In this document: piece after piece, positions 1 through 9,901 of the stretch
Position numbering within the stretch: the first letter of the stretch is position 1
How the letters are laid out: each line of letters starts with the position of its first letter
Assembly (NCBI GenBank): GCA_976226885.1
Contig: OZ320318.1
Location: forward strand, 26,536,001 to 26,600,000
Direction of reading: 5' to 3'
DNA length: 64,000 bases
From: Iphione sp. A-MEVVRFRX5
Taxonomy: Eukaryota
Made by a program: the position numbers and the translations under genes
Notes under the pieces: generated by a model
The model's database searches: none
What the model was told of the DNA's origin: nothing
Seen by the model: only the letters and a program-made list of their open reading frames with translations

Positions 1-371
1 TGGGTTGTTGATCTAACAGCAAAACCTCTGTTTATGTTGTGAGAAAACTCAGGTTCTGTTCTTTGGTGTCAGTCTGGCATACATTTCAAATGTGACATGT
101 GGGGGAGACTGAACAGATTCCGTGACCCTCAACTGTTGCCGTCAACTGTATGACTGTCACGGGTCTGTCTTTCAGGCTTTCAGCAGAAGTGACATTCAGC
201 GGGAAGCAGCGTCTGTCTGCTGGTCAGGACGCGCCTGGCCGAGCGACACTTGGAGAGCGGGGGAGGGTGGGAGGGAAGAGAGGGAGGGAAACAGAAAGAC
301 AGGATGAAACAGAAAGAGAGTAGGAAATTAATAATGAACAAGAGGCAGACAAAGATCAGCAGAGAAGTGAC

Positions 372-372
<1 letters not shown>

Positions 373-422
<50 letters not shown>

Positions 423-441
423 GTCAGACAGTCAGACAGAC
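373..441. repeat. (GACA)n microsatellite
   Basis: Tetranucleotide tandem repeat, directly visible. Confidence 0.97.
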
Positions 442-587
442 GGGATTGAGTATGTGCTCATGTGTAGAAATGTCCACTACGTATATATGCATGTACAACG
501 CCCCTACAGAAATGCACGTGTGTGTGCATCGGCTTCAGTGGCGACGTCGGCGACATGATTTGATCTACAGTTACCTGTTTTTCTGTA

Positions 588-750
588 GCCAAAAGCAGGT
601 CGATGAACCAGTCCAAAGGGACCGGCAAACAGTACCATTCTCCAGCGTATTTTGTTTTCGTCCCGTACGATAGAGCACCACTTTTTACCCGCCGTAGGCC
701 CATCAGTCATGATACCATTCAGTCGCATATGGCGTACGTTGCTGTTAAAT
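588..750 (+). pseudogene. Possible decayed zinc-finger cassette
   Basis: Strong acceptor ttttctgtag at 588. Mixed frames give PFS(S)VFC...AHQS*YH and ...HDTIQSHMAYV, which resembles the finger-2 ends KSHMKTVH/KAHMMCRH. Several lesions have to be assumed. Confidence 0.28.
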
Positions 751-974
751 CGTATCTTTAGCATCCTTGTCCAACGGCGGACCAACGGTTAGTCGGTCGG
801 TGCAGGAAAGTGTGCAGTTGAATGATCAACGACCGTTTTGATCTCTAGACATACTATTCATAAGTTATCTTCACTGTATCTATGATAGAAATAGTGGACA
901 CGTTTTTTTAGATCTTTATAAGGGTAATTTATCTCCTAAATATAATGCGCTTATTCTTTATTCTTCACGCTAAG

Positions 975-1286
975 AAATCCAATGGTGAGGATGATAGTTC
1001 GCAAAAGAAAGCCATTTGGGGTTGTAGTCCTAAAAAGTAATGCACAAGACTTTCCGCGCAACTTCCCTCCTGTACTCCTCAGTATTCAGCGAAACCTCTC
1101 TACTAAGGACACTCTATAAAGGACACCTCACATAACGGACATAAAAGAAACAGAACCAACTTTGTGTAATCATGTTTAAAAACTCCTGGTATAAAGGACA
1201 CCCCTCTTTATGGACAGCTTTTGGCCAGTCCTTTTGCTGTCCATAGTAGAGAGGTTCCACTGTACATGCATATCAGAATTCAACAT
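975..1286 (+). pseudogene. Decayed zinc-finger cassette split by a MITE
   Basis: Pyrimidine tract + aag|AAA, reading KSNGEDDSSQKKAIWGCSPKK*C, then after a frameshift KTFRATSLLYS, then the MITE (1087-1262), then YMHIRIQH (H-x4-H, 1263-1286). Confidence 0.42.
1087..1262. mobile_element. Tc1/mariner(pogo)-type MITE
   Basis: About 25-bp terminal inverted repeats: cagcgaaacctctctactaaggaca at the left end, and the reverse complement of the right end reads cagtggaacctctctactatggaca. TA at the right flank, no ORF. Confidence 0.8.
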
Positions 1287-1733
1287 GCTGCTATATGTTT
1301 TTTATTCATAATTTATACTTGTGTGAAACTTGTATCAGTGGAACAATAAGGACAATACATCGTCTCCTCGACTGATTGACACGCACATGTATATAACCCA
1401 GTCCTATGTATTAAGGTGTGCATCATTAACTCCACTTAAACTATGTACCAGAGCGGGGAACGACAAACCAGTCTGGTCCCTCCTTTATGCTCATGATGAC
1501 ACCCCTAGGTATGATTTCTCAGCCCAGCATTAGTTCCCGTAAGACCTAATAAGGACCTCCTCGTGCTCCCACCTACTCACACACTTTAGTACGGCGTAGA
1601 GCTAAGGACTTAAGCTAACCACGCGGTCCGCCTGCCTAGATGGAACGCTTTCCCTGCCAAGAATGTTGTGGAGAGAGAGCGAGAAAGAGAGAACAACACA
1701 AACCATGTGGCACCTTCCTTGGTGTTCTTTCAG

Positions 1734-1937
1734 TTAACCAGCACTTGCTGTCCAGAGGGGCGAGGCGGTGTCGGCGAGCGGGAACTTCCGGGCCAAGTAC
1801 CCTCGGCCACCGCTGGGGGCGCTGGCTGCGCCATCACGTACACGTGCTGCTTCTGCAGCCGGCGCTTTCCGCACAAGGGTCACTACCTGGCTCATCTTCG
1901 CGGACACACCAGCGACCTGACTGCCGCTCAGTCATAG
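1734..1937 (+). CDS. Alternative terminal exon A: single C2H2 zinc finger
   Basis: Acceptor ggtgttctttcag|TTA (AG ends at 1733, phase 0). Reads LTSTCCPEG...YTCCFCSRRFPHKGHYLAHLRGHTSDLTAAQS*, a canonical C-x2-C-x12-H-x3-H, with no ATG after the acceptor. AATAAA at 2669. Confidence 0.78.
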   Translation, partial: LTSTCCPEGRGGVGERELPGQVPSATAGGAGCAITYTCCFCSRRFPHKGHYLAHLRGHTSDLTAAQS

Positions 1938-3033
1938 AAGCTCCGCCCATCGCCCCATCACCCAGGCGGGCGACAAACTCCAAATGCTGACACAGGAGGA
2001 CATTGCGGGATTTTTTAGCGCTGCACATGTCTATATCCGCCTACTTAAATGATGTTTATGTATTAGGAGATGGAACACTATATACGCGTGTGCAGCTTAT
2101 TTGATTTTACATTGCATAAGTGTAGTTCTATTGACTTTATTTTACATAACATAGGACATTCTGCTGACTTCATTTGGCTTGATCTAAGTGCATTCTGTCG
2201 ACTTTATTTATATAACTTGGATACATTCTATTGATTTGATATTAAGAAACATTCTAGTGTTATAGACTTACATGACAGCACGCTACCAAGTTGATTCTAC
2301 ACTATCTATAGAGAGTATTAATCAACCTTTATTCGCGTGTACACACATATATATGTAGAAAGATACTATGCTGTGCACTGTTTTAGTGTTTACATGTACA
2401 TGTACATGTCTATAGTTTGGTTGGCAAGCATATTTGACACCTGTAATTACTTAAATGTATGCATCAGCCTGATAAAAAGCGAACATTTTCTGGAAATATG
2501 TTAACAAATACCGAGACCCATCTAACAAATGTCCCTTCTTTCCACAAATAGAGTAGGACACAATCCATTTGAGTCCCATATTTGTATCTTATGAGACTTA
2601 TTTATATAATGTGACTGCAGCTAGCACGAGTTCATGTGGGGTCTCAGAAGATTTCTGTCCCCATAATTAATAAAGATATCTGTAAATGCTGCTTTGAAAA
2701 CCGCACAAGTGATGTCATAAGTGGACGTTTGAAGAACAACTATTATCCGTGTTTAAATCTGTGTTGAGTAATTGTTCATGATGCCTTGGGTTTTGATATT
2801 TCACTAAAAGCTTAATTAGAACTATGACGCCTGATCATTTTTTTTTTTAAATCAGGTTTGAATGATTTTCTTGTTTTAAATGAAACAGTTATTCGTCATA
2901 ATTAGTCGCTTGCAGCCGCAACTGGGTGGTGTGCCCGGCCTTTTGACCTGGACGTGAATGCTGGGCCTCATTTGGTGGGCTGGCACTGGAATGACTGGAA
3001 TAGGAATGACCAGGCACTGTGGTCTCATTACAG

Positions 3034-3255
3034 ATGGACACATGGGCGCAGACGCGGCGCTTCCACGCAGGCACCAAACGCAACGTGTGCGGCCTGTGCG
3101 GCAAGGAGTTTAAGCATTCCTGGATGCTGAGGCGACACGCACTCACCCACTCGGGAGAGAAGCCCTTCAAGTGTCCGATGTGCGCCAAATGTTTCAACCA
3201 GAAGGAGCACGTCAAGTCGCACCTGGCCCGAGTGCATTGTGAGAAACGTTCATAG
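3034..3255 (+). CDS. Alternative terminal exon B: C2H2 zinc-finger doublet
   Basis: Acceptor ggtctcattacag|ATG (phase 0). VCGLCGKEFKHSWMLRRHALTH-SGEKPF-KCPMCAKCFNQKEHVKSHLARVH, stop at 3253-3255. Confidence 0.87.
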   Translation: MDTWAQTRRFHAGTKRNVCGLCGKEFKHSWMLRRHALTHSGEKPFKCPMCAKCFNQKEHVKSHLARVHCEKRS

Positions 3256-3502
3256 TTGTGCGGAGATCGACCTTGCCCTTGATGCACAAACTTGTGCGTG
3301 CCCGCCCCTTCAGCCTAACCCCCCCCCCCCCCCACCCTAAACCCCCACCCCCACCCCCGCCCCCAATTATGAGAACCCGGCCGCCTGAGGAGAGGAAGAA
3401 CACTGAGAAGGGCTCACGAGGAGGTCCTCTACAACTGAGCGGCTCAGTTGAAAAGGGGCGGGTTGTGTCAGAGTCGTGTGTTGTCGGGAGCTTTTGTTAC
3501 AG

Positions 3503-3720
3503 ACCGTCGGTCGGACCCCGACGGCAAGGCTTGCCGCTGGCTGTTGATGTAATCCGGCTGTGAGCCTGATCTGCACCTGACATTTTTTTGGCGTGGAAAG
3601 CAGGTGGAGACCACGCCAGGACATGCACCTATTGACCCAGCATGGAGAAGAACAGTAGAGTATGCCGCTTTGTTCGAGGTCTTTGAATCAGAAGGATATT
3701 AATCGGAGAGCTCTCTCCCT
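3503..3720 (+). pseudogene. Decayed zinc-finger doublet cassette (B/G-like)
   Basis: Acceptor gcttttgttacag|ACC. The phase-0 frame has internal stops: ...SLICT*HFFGVESRWRPRQDMHLLTQHGEEQ*SMPLCSRSLNQKD. This aligns by eye to B (HSGEKPFKCPMCAKCFNQKE) and G (ASRWKLERH). Confidence 0.58.
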
Positions 3721-4602
3721 TTGGCCTATACTTCTCAGACAGACACGACTTCTCAGACTGTCCTGAAGGAACGGATTTGCACGCAGAGCAGAATAATCAT
3801 ATCAGCATCAGGATGAAACGTCACCTGTCTGCCAGTCATCGCAGCTGGATGACGTTCGCGTAACTTGTGTTGGTATCAGTCGATAGTACAGCAACCCACT
3901 GAACTTAGTATTATTAATGAGTTAACTATTTCGCCCCCCCCTAAAAAAACGCGCTGTTTAATGCACCGTGTATCATTTCATATCCACATAGTTTGAAAGG
4001 AAATCTCCTGATAATTTTGCCAATTTGGACTGCTCCGGAACATTTAATTAAAAATGCTTCTTAGATTGCAACACTGAGTGCGTTACCTCAGTTGAACTGC
4101 CTGATTGTTTTCCTGTGAGGAGGGAAAAAACTGAATGGGTTTCTGAGGGTAATCTATGGAATGTGATTCTCAAAGGGGAGTTTTAGTAATGAAAAATTCC
4201 TTTTCGATAATATTTGGGATAAAATCTTGCGGATCGGTTTGTTGGGAGAAGGTCTCGAGGGGCCACCCACCAGTTTATCACGCATGCAGGAGTTTGTACG
4301 CAGTCGGACTCCTTCCCTCTGAGAGTGAACTTTTCTTTTTAGTGTAGGCGCTAGAAAGGTACCGAGCTAAGACCGTGTTTACTTCCGCGCAGGCTGTAAA
4401 GGACTCATAATTCGTAATAACCGTTGACTTTTTTTGCTTGCTATTCCAGTGGAGCCTCCCCCCCTTGGCAGACGTGGTCTGTTGTTACGACACCTTAGGT
4501 GTACGGTCGCTGCCATTGATGGAACGCGTTTAAAAACCCCCTCTGCATTTGCTGACGAGTGCTGTTTCAACTGAATCAGTGGCGTTGTTTGCCTCTTTCC
4601 AG

Positions 4603-4830
4603 ATTGGGCGGATACTGCAGGCGGCGTCGGCGCTCGCGTCCAAACACTGCGACGGCCAGAAAGAGCTTAGCGTGTGCCCCATCTGTGGCCGCCAGTTCCG
4701 TTGCAGATATAGACTAGAGCGCCACCTGCCCGGCCACTCGGGAATGAAGAACTATCACTGTCCAAAATGTGGCAAGGCGTTCATTCGAAAGGACTCGGTG
4801 GCCAGACACTCGAGAGCTTGTTTGCTATAG
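4603..4830 (+). CDS. Alternative terminal exon C: C2H2 + C2HC finger doublet
   Basis: Acceptor gtttgcctctttccag|ATT (phase 0). CPICGRQFRCRYRLERHLPGH-SGMKNY-HCPKCGKAFIRKDSVARHSRAC, then TAG. AATAAA at 4841-4846. Confidence 0.87.
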   Translation: MGRILQAASALASKHCDGQKELSVCPICGRQFRCRYRLERHLPGHSGMKNYHCPKCGKAFIRKDSVARHSRACLL

Positions 4831-5263
4831 GGCGAGGCGGAATAAAAAGGTGGCTTTGATTCGGGTGGAAAAAAACGGCCATAAGTAACATTTATCTTTT
4901 TTTAAAAAAAAATGTCAGTGTATACGTAGATCCGGAAGTATTGAATAATCTTCCTGGACATGTTAGTCGATGTCTTCTTTTTTTTATTTTTTTTTGTTAT
5001 AGTCTTTCGTGGGATATGTGATGTTTTGAGTGCGTTTAATTTATTCCTTTTGTATTAGGCCGTAGATCCTTTCATGGTCTACTATGAAAGTATCAGTCTC
5101 CCACTCAGGCAGCAACACTTAGCAGTTAGACCGTCTTGGGAGTTCTAGTCCTTCGTCTTTTATTCCCCTATTTTCGATTTGTCCGTATAAACTGATGACG
5201 TAGGCAACTTTCGCATATTGTTTCCACAAGAAGTAGACGTGAACCGCCATTGGCCATGTGCAG

Positions 5264-5405
5264 AGGAAATTTCTCTTGCCAAATCCTGTTCCGATGCGGT
5301 ATGGATGCCACGAAAACGAATTCCTTTTCCTCGTCCATTTGGCTTCCCACAGCGGATAATGCAAATGGCCCCCCATCGGCCACGAGTAAAGACTTGAAAG
5401 AGGCA
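5264..5405 (+). pseudogene. Decayed zinc-finger cassette (C-like)
   Basis: cag|AGG frame reads RKF...FLVHLASHSG*CKWPPIGHE*RLER, resembling exon C CPICGRQF..YRLERHLPGHSG with deletions. Confidence 0.4.
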
Positions 5406-5753
5406 GCGTCGGCTTAATAGCATCTCTCCCGCCCGTTTCTCCCTCTGTTCGAATCGTATTGCAAGTGATTTTGGCGCCAGTTCAATCTGGATCGTATGGC
5501 ACTGCGATGTCGGCCGGGACTGATCGGTCGTGCATCCACCGTGGCGGCTCCGCTGCTGCCGTAGGACGGGCTCCACACGGACGAGCAGGCGACGAGGAAT
5601 CCGACTAGTCATTCAATGGTAGAGAGAGAGTAAGCCCAGCCCGTTTTACCTGTTCTCAGCATCTTTCTACCCTTGATGTGTGATACTACATGCCCCTCCC
5701 CGCGAACAGTGATATATATACATGGAGATGTATATATCGGTTCACCTTGTCAG

Positions 5754-5915
5754 CGTGGTGTGTGTGTTCATTGCATGTAAGAAGTTGATGGGCTAAACTA
5801 ACAAGTCAACACCCCCCCCCCAAAAAAAAGTTTTGAATTGGGCAACTTGATGCATCTCATGCACATTTACATCGTTGCTATCTGTCAAAATTGTCTCAGA
5901 AGGTGTGATTTCTAA
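5754..5915 (+). pseudogene. Possible decayed zinc-finger doublet cassette
   Basis: Acceptor ttcaccttgtcag|CGT gives RGVCVHCM*. Downstream, in another frame, NLMHLMH..AICQNCLRRCDF. Confidence 0.33.
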
Positions 5916-6392
5916 GTAATCAACACAACCTATCAATATACAGTCTCTTCCCTGCAGATAATTGGACCCAGGGATTTTTTTAAAACATCATTTCACATGC
6001 ATTTCGTTTATTACATCCCAGAACTTTCACGAGACGTGAGGTCCCGGCTCATGTTCTGTAGCACCATACGTTCTTCTTTTACAGTGATGTTTCAGTCAGA
6101 AATTTATCCTGTTTGTTAATAACGTCTAGTCTGTAGAATCTGCCCACTGTTCTAAAATTCACGTACCAAAGTCCGCTTTTGATTTGGTCGTGACGTTCGT
6201 TTATTGGTCAGGGTATCCGCCAATGCGCACACACGAACACATACAAGCACACACATATATAAATACACAGTGTACAGTTGTATATATAATGTATGAGTGC
6301 ACAGTGTATATGTATTATCTACAATCTTAAAGGAAAATTGTAGTTTCATGTTTTTGTACTTAATTTCAAGAGATTGATACTATATTTCCCAG

Positions 6393-6530
6393 GACGGCCT
6401 TTGTCCAGTTCTGTTCTTGGCAGTATTGAGTGAAATCGTACTGAAGTACCACCAAATGTCCGAATAATCAGATGAGCGATATAGGTTTCTGTATGCTTGT
6501 ACATGCGTGTGTATATATAGATTTTCCATT
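6393..6530 (+). pseudogene. Decayed zinc-finger doublet cassette
   Basis: Strong acceptor tatatttcccag|GAC. One phase-0 frame reads DGLCPV(L)FLAVLSEIVLKYHQMS(E)*SDER..YACTCVCIYRFS. The x12 spacing, conserved Leu/His, a TGERP-like linker and the start of finger 2 are retained. Confidence 0.52.
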
Positions 6531-6711
6531 TGTTGTAATGAAATAAAAAAAAAAAACATTAACCAGACCGCTGCTTTTGTTGGCATCCTTTTTCTGTCCC
6601 TCTTTATGCGGACGTCCATTATATGGATTATACCATGTATTCCAACCGTTTCCCTCGTGGGCGTACTATCAATTCTGACAAGTGAAGTCCCTTGTATATA
6701 TTTCTTTACAG

Positions 6712-7038
6712 ATCGCCCGCAAATCCATGAGCTCCACTCCTAAGTCGGAGCTGAGCTGGGTGTTTGTTTGTCCGTTGTGTGGGAAACAATTCGCCCAGCG
6801 GAAACATGACTTCGAATGCCACATACGTACGCATACCGGCGAAAAACCGTTTGCTTGCGATCTGTGCGGCCAACGCTTCAATGATCCCCGCAACATGAAA
6901 AGGCACCGCAACAAATATTGCTGTGTGCGCTTGGAAAAAGCGGCGTTGTCCCAGCTAGAATCTCAGCGGAGCATTGAATGGCCCCGAAATACAGCCCCAT
7001 TACCCAGGTCTCCACGGAGACTTCCCAGTGACCAGTAA
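6712..7038 (+). CDS. Alternative terminal exon D: extended-spacing C2H2 + C2HC finger doublet
   Basis: Acceptor tatttctttacag|ATC (phase 0). CPLCGKQFAQRKHDFECHIRTH-TGEKPF-ACDLCGQRFNDPRNMKRHRNKYC plus a C-terminal tail, stop at 7036-7038. Confidence 0.87.
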   Translation: MARKSMSSTPKSELSWVFVCPLCGKQFAQRKHDFECHIRTHTGEKPFACDLCGQRFNDPRNMKRHRNKYCCVRLEKAALSQLESQRSIEWPRNTAPLPRSPRRLPSDQ

Positions 7039-7677
7039 AAACGAAAGCTGTAAAAAGACTATTTGGCCACCACCTCACAGGGACGTAGGAATGACGCAGT
7101 CTTACCATGTGACCCTCCATCATAACCTTGTAGGTCTATCTCCTCCCAAAGTATTGAATGATGTTTCGCTGTGGATGAGTGTTACTGGCATATTTTTATG
7201 TAATTCAAAAAAATTTAAATGATAGAAATAAGGACATGTATATAACAGATTGGAATTGTATACATACATGCTCACTCAAACATTAACAATTAGTTCCACT
7301 TAACAACAGCAGACCCGACAATGGACATTGTAGGCCCCTATAGTCCCCCACCTCCAGGAGGAGTGAGGGACCTTAGGATCACTGCTGCCTTACAGTCTGA
7401 TCATCTATCATAACCTTGTAGGTCTTCTAGCCCCGATACCTTGATATCAAATGAACTTGAAAGTTGGATATTATACTAACCCATGGACACTTTGCTACTG
7501 GCTTATTTCTGTTGTATTTAAAGTAAGTTAAAGGTGAAAATATTACATTTCAAGATATTCTGCTCACCAGCACATATACATACACTCACTGTGTATAATG
7601 CAACATTGTGATAGTCAACTGTGTGCACTCTGGCATAGAATTCAAATACACGGTATATCATCACGTTGGTAAATTCT

Positions 7678-7678
<1 letters not shown>

Positions 7679-7746
<68 letters not shown>
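7679..7746. repeat. (CT)n microsatellite
   Basis: Directly visible. Confidence 0.98.
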
Positions 7747-7753
<7 letters not shown>

Positions 7754-8138
7754 ACCTTCCTCGTATATATCATTGGCTTTTTATACCGTGTATCTGTAAA
7801 AGACATTTGGTGTTTGTGCTTTGAGGCCAATTAAATGAAACTTGCAAAGATACCGACTCGAGTCTTTCTGTCGCTCCATAATTTCCCCAATATATGTATA
7901 TTTCCCAACAGGCAGTCCAATCTTACTTCCTCTGTATTCCTCCCTGAATGTCTGCGTGACAAACACACAAGCTTTTAGTTCATCAGCTTTCTAATCACGA
8001 GCCTTCAAATAGGCAGGTGTAAAACTGATATCCACAGAAGTGGGAAAGGCCCAGCAGCTTTATATCACTTAGTTCTGTCTTATTGCTCCAATCCGACTCA
8101 GTGGAGTGACTCCGACCTCTTGCTCCTCGTCATTGCAG

Positions 8139-8465
8139 GTGCTCGCCAACACCACCACCCCTCCAGGCGGTCCTTTCCACGACCCCGCTCGCCACCCAGC
8201 CCCCGCGGTGCTGGTGGGGCTGGGGGCCACGGCATGGCGCAGTGCCGTGCTGGAGTGTGGGGTGTGCGGCAAAGTTTTCCATCGGGGGCGCAAGCGGGAC
8301 TTCCAGTGCCACATGCGCTCGCACACAGGCGAGAAGCCCTTCTCCTGTGAGGTCTGTGGCCTGCGCTTCTCCGACCCTCGCAGCATGAGCAGACACCGAC
8401 GGACTCAGCACCCCGCGCTGAGCACCGCGCCCACAGGAGAGCAGCTCTGGCAGGCACCTCGTTAG
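8139..8465 (+). CDS. Alternative terminal exon E: extended-spacing C2H2 finger doublet (paralog of D)
   Basis: Acceptor ctcctcgtcattgcag|GTG (phase 0). CGVCGKVFHRGRKRDFQCHMRSH-TGEKPF-SCEVCGLRFSDPRSMSRHRRTQH, stop at 8463-8465. Confidence 0.87.
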   Translation: MLANTTTPPGGPFHDPARHPAPAVLVGLGATAWRSAVLECGVCGKVFHRGRKRDFQCHMRSHTGEKPFSCEVCGLRFSDPRSMSRHRRTQHPALSTAPTGEQLWQAPR

Positions 8466-9604
8466 ACAGCATCACTCATCCACCCCCCCCCCCCTCTGGA
8501 TGCTACCCGCTACCAACCCAGGCAGCAGTGCGCCTGAACAGATCAGTTCTTGCAAAGACAGTCATTTCTCGTTTGTTTTGTAATAATCCACCGGGGAAAT
8601 TGGAAAAGGAGCCCTGCGCTTTATACAGTTCCTCATAGGACACGAGGTTTAAAAAAAAGCAAGTTAGGAGGCGAGTCGGTCACCACCACACTCTCTTCAA
8701 GATGTGATATTACATGTGTTTTGCGAGGCACTGGACATGCAGCCACTTTGTCCGAAGTATCATTCAATCCATGTGATACAAGACAAAATGGATTAACATT
8801 TTACAATATTCTTTTAATCTATCGTAGTGTTAGGTCAACGCATATTATTATTCAAACCATAAGGGAAATTCTTGTCACGATATTGGCGATTAATGTACAA
8901 AGTACTTCTGAAAGAATGAAAACTTAAATCCCTTACCAAGGACCTGCTGAATCGGATATAACGGATATTTGAGAACATTATTAACGAGGCATAGGGACAA
9001 AGCGTTTGTAAAACTCACATTTATGACAGCCAAATACGCAAATTTATATACTTTTTTCAGCACATGCTCACAAATACAGAGATGTTGCAAGGAAAACACT
9101 TCTGGAATCACAAAATCTGGTCTCCATCGAGCAACTTTAAATCGGTTATGGATAACTTATTCACGTTACGTACTATTTATTCCTTTCATATTCGGTGAAT
9201 TGTTTTTATGTACTTTGCGAAGTAAATGTTACTTTAACTGCAGGTACTTGTTGATTTTGCTTTCGAGATTGCTTTATTTTGGCAACAGGAATAGACTCCT
9301 CCTCTAACATGCAGGAAAAAGAATCTTCTCCCGTTATTTTTACGGGCTATGAATGCGGTTGAGTTAAGTATCGAAAAAACACTACAACCAACAATGGACA
9401 CCTCTGTTCACCTTTATTTAAATACATCACAGTGAAATCGGGACTCGCCCCATTTCAGAGCACATACCACGAGTCGCTCGTACCACATCCCCTTTGGGTT
9501 ATGCGAGTAGCTCATCGCTATCACTCATTTCTCACATTAATAAACATGCACATGTCCGTGTCATGGTCTGCAGAGGGTAACTCTCCGTCCTCTGTCTTTT
9601 CCAG

Positions 9605-9901
9605 ATGTTGCCTTATCGAACGCCTCGGAAAGGCCAGTCGAGGCGGAACGAACCTAGAAACTTTGCCTGTACGGTGTGTGGCAAGCGCTTCCCCGATGGG
9701 TGGAAGCTTGCCAACCACAGACGTTTACACACGGGCGAGCGGCCTTTCCAGTGTCCTCTCTGTTTCTATGCGGCCAACGTCAAGGGGAATTTGAAATCCC
9801 ATATGAAAACCGTTCATAGAATTAAACCATCGCTCGATAAGCCCGGGACGTTTAAGCCTAAAGATGACGACGACTTCCCTACATCGACCATGGACAACTA
9901 A
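9605..9901 (+). CDS. Alternative terminal exon F: C2H2 finger doublet
   Basis: Acceptor ctctgtcttttccag|ATG (phase 0). CTVCGKRFPDGWKLANHRRLH-TGERPF-QCPLCFYAANVKGNLKSHMKTVH. AATAAA at 10058. Confidence 0.87.
   Translation: MLPYRTPRKGQSRRNEPRNFACTVCGKRFPDGWKLANHRRLHTGERPFQCPLCFYAANVKGNLKSHMKTVHRIKPSLDKPGTFKPKDDDDFPTSTMDN

Noticed and set aside
170-262. SVCLLVRTRLAERHLESG after the acceptor tctttcag, and RNWVVCPAF / ALWSHYRWTHG at about 2908-3045
   Set aside because: Finger-like words, but they need large deletions or mixed frames. Too weak to list as features.
250-558. 102-aa ORF with TDRQ repeats, and similar ORFs at 7608-7830, 26094-26429 and 43039-43236
   Set aside because: Translations of microsatellites.
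3503-3658. In-frame TGA codons read as selenocysteine or readthrough
   Set aside because: The TGAs do not fall at ligand positions, TAG/TAA stops and indels also occur, and no SECIS was recognised. Ordinary decay explains them.
7121-7425. 17-bp direct repeat cataaccttgtaggtct, and 14-bp cctcagggatcgct at 52742/53043
   Set aside because: Only two copies each, consistent with small local duplications. Not CRISPR-like: no regular repeat-spacer array, and the context is eukaryotic.
8900-9200. YDSQIRKF...NFKSVMDNL resembling a Chapaev-type transposase (GPQIR.L...F..V..NFLG)
   Set aside because: One weak motif with multiple stops, and the diagnostic downstream motif and TIRs were not found.
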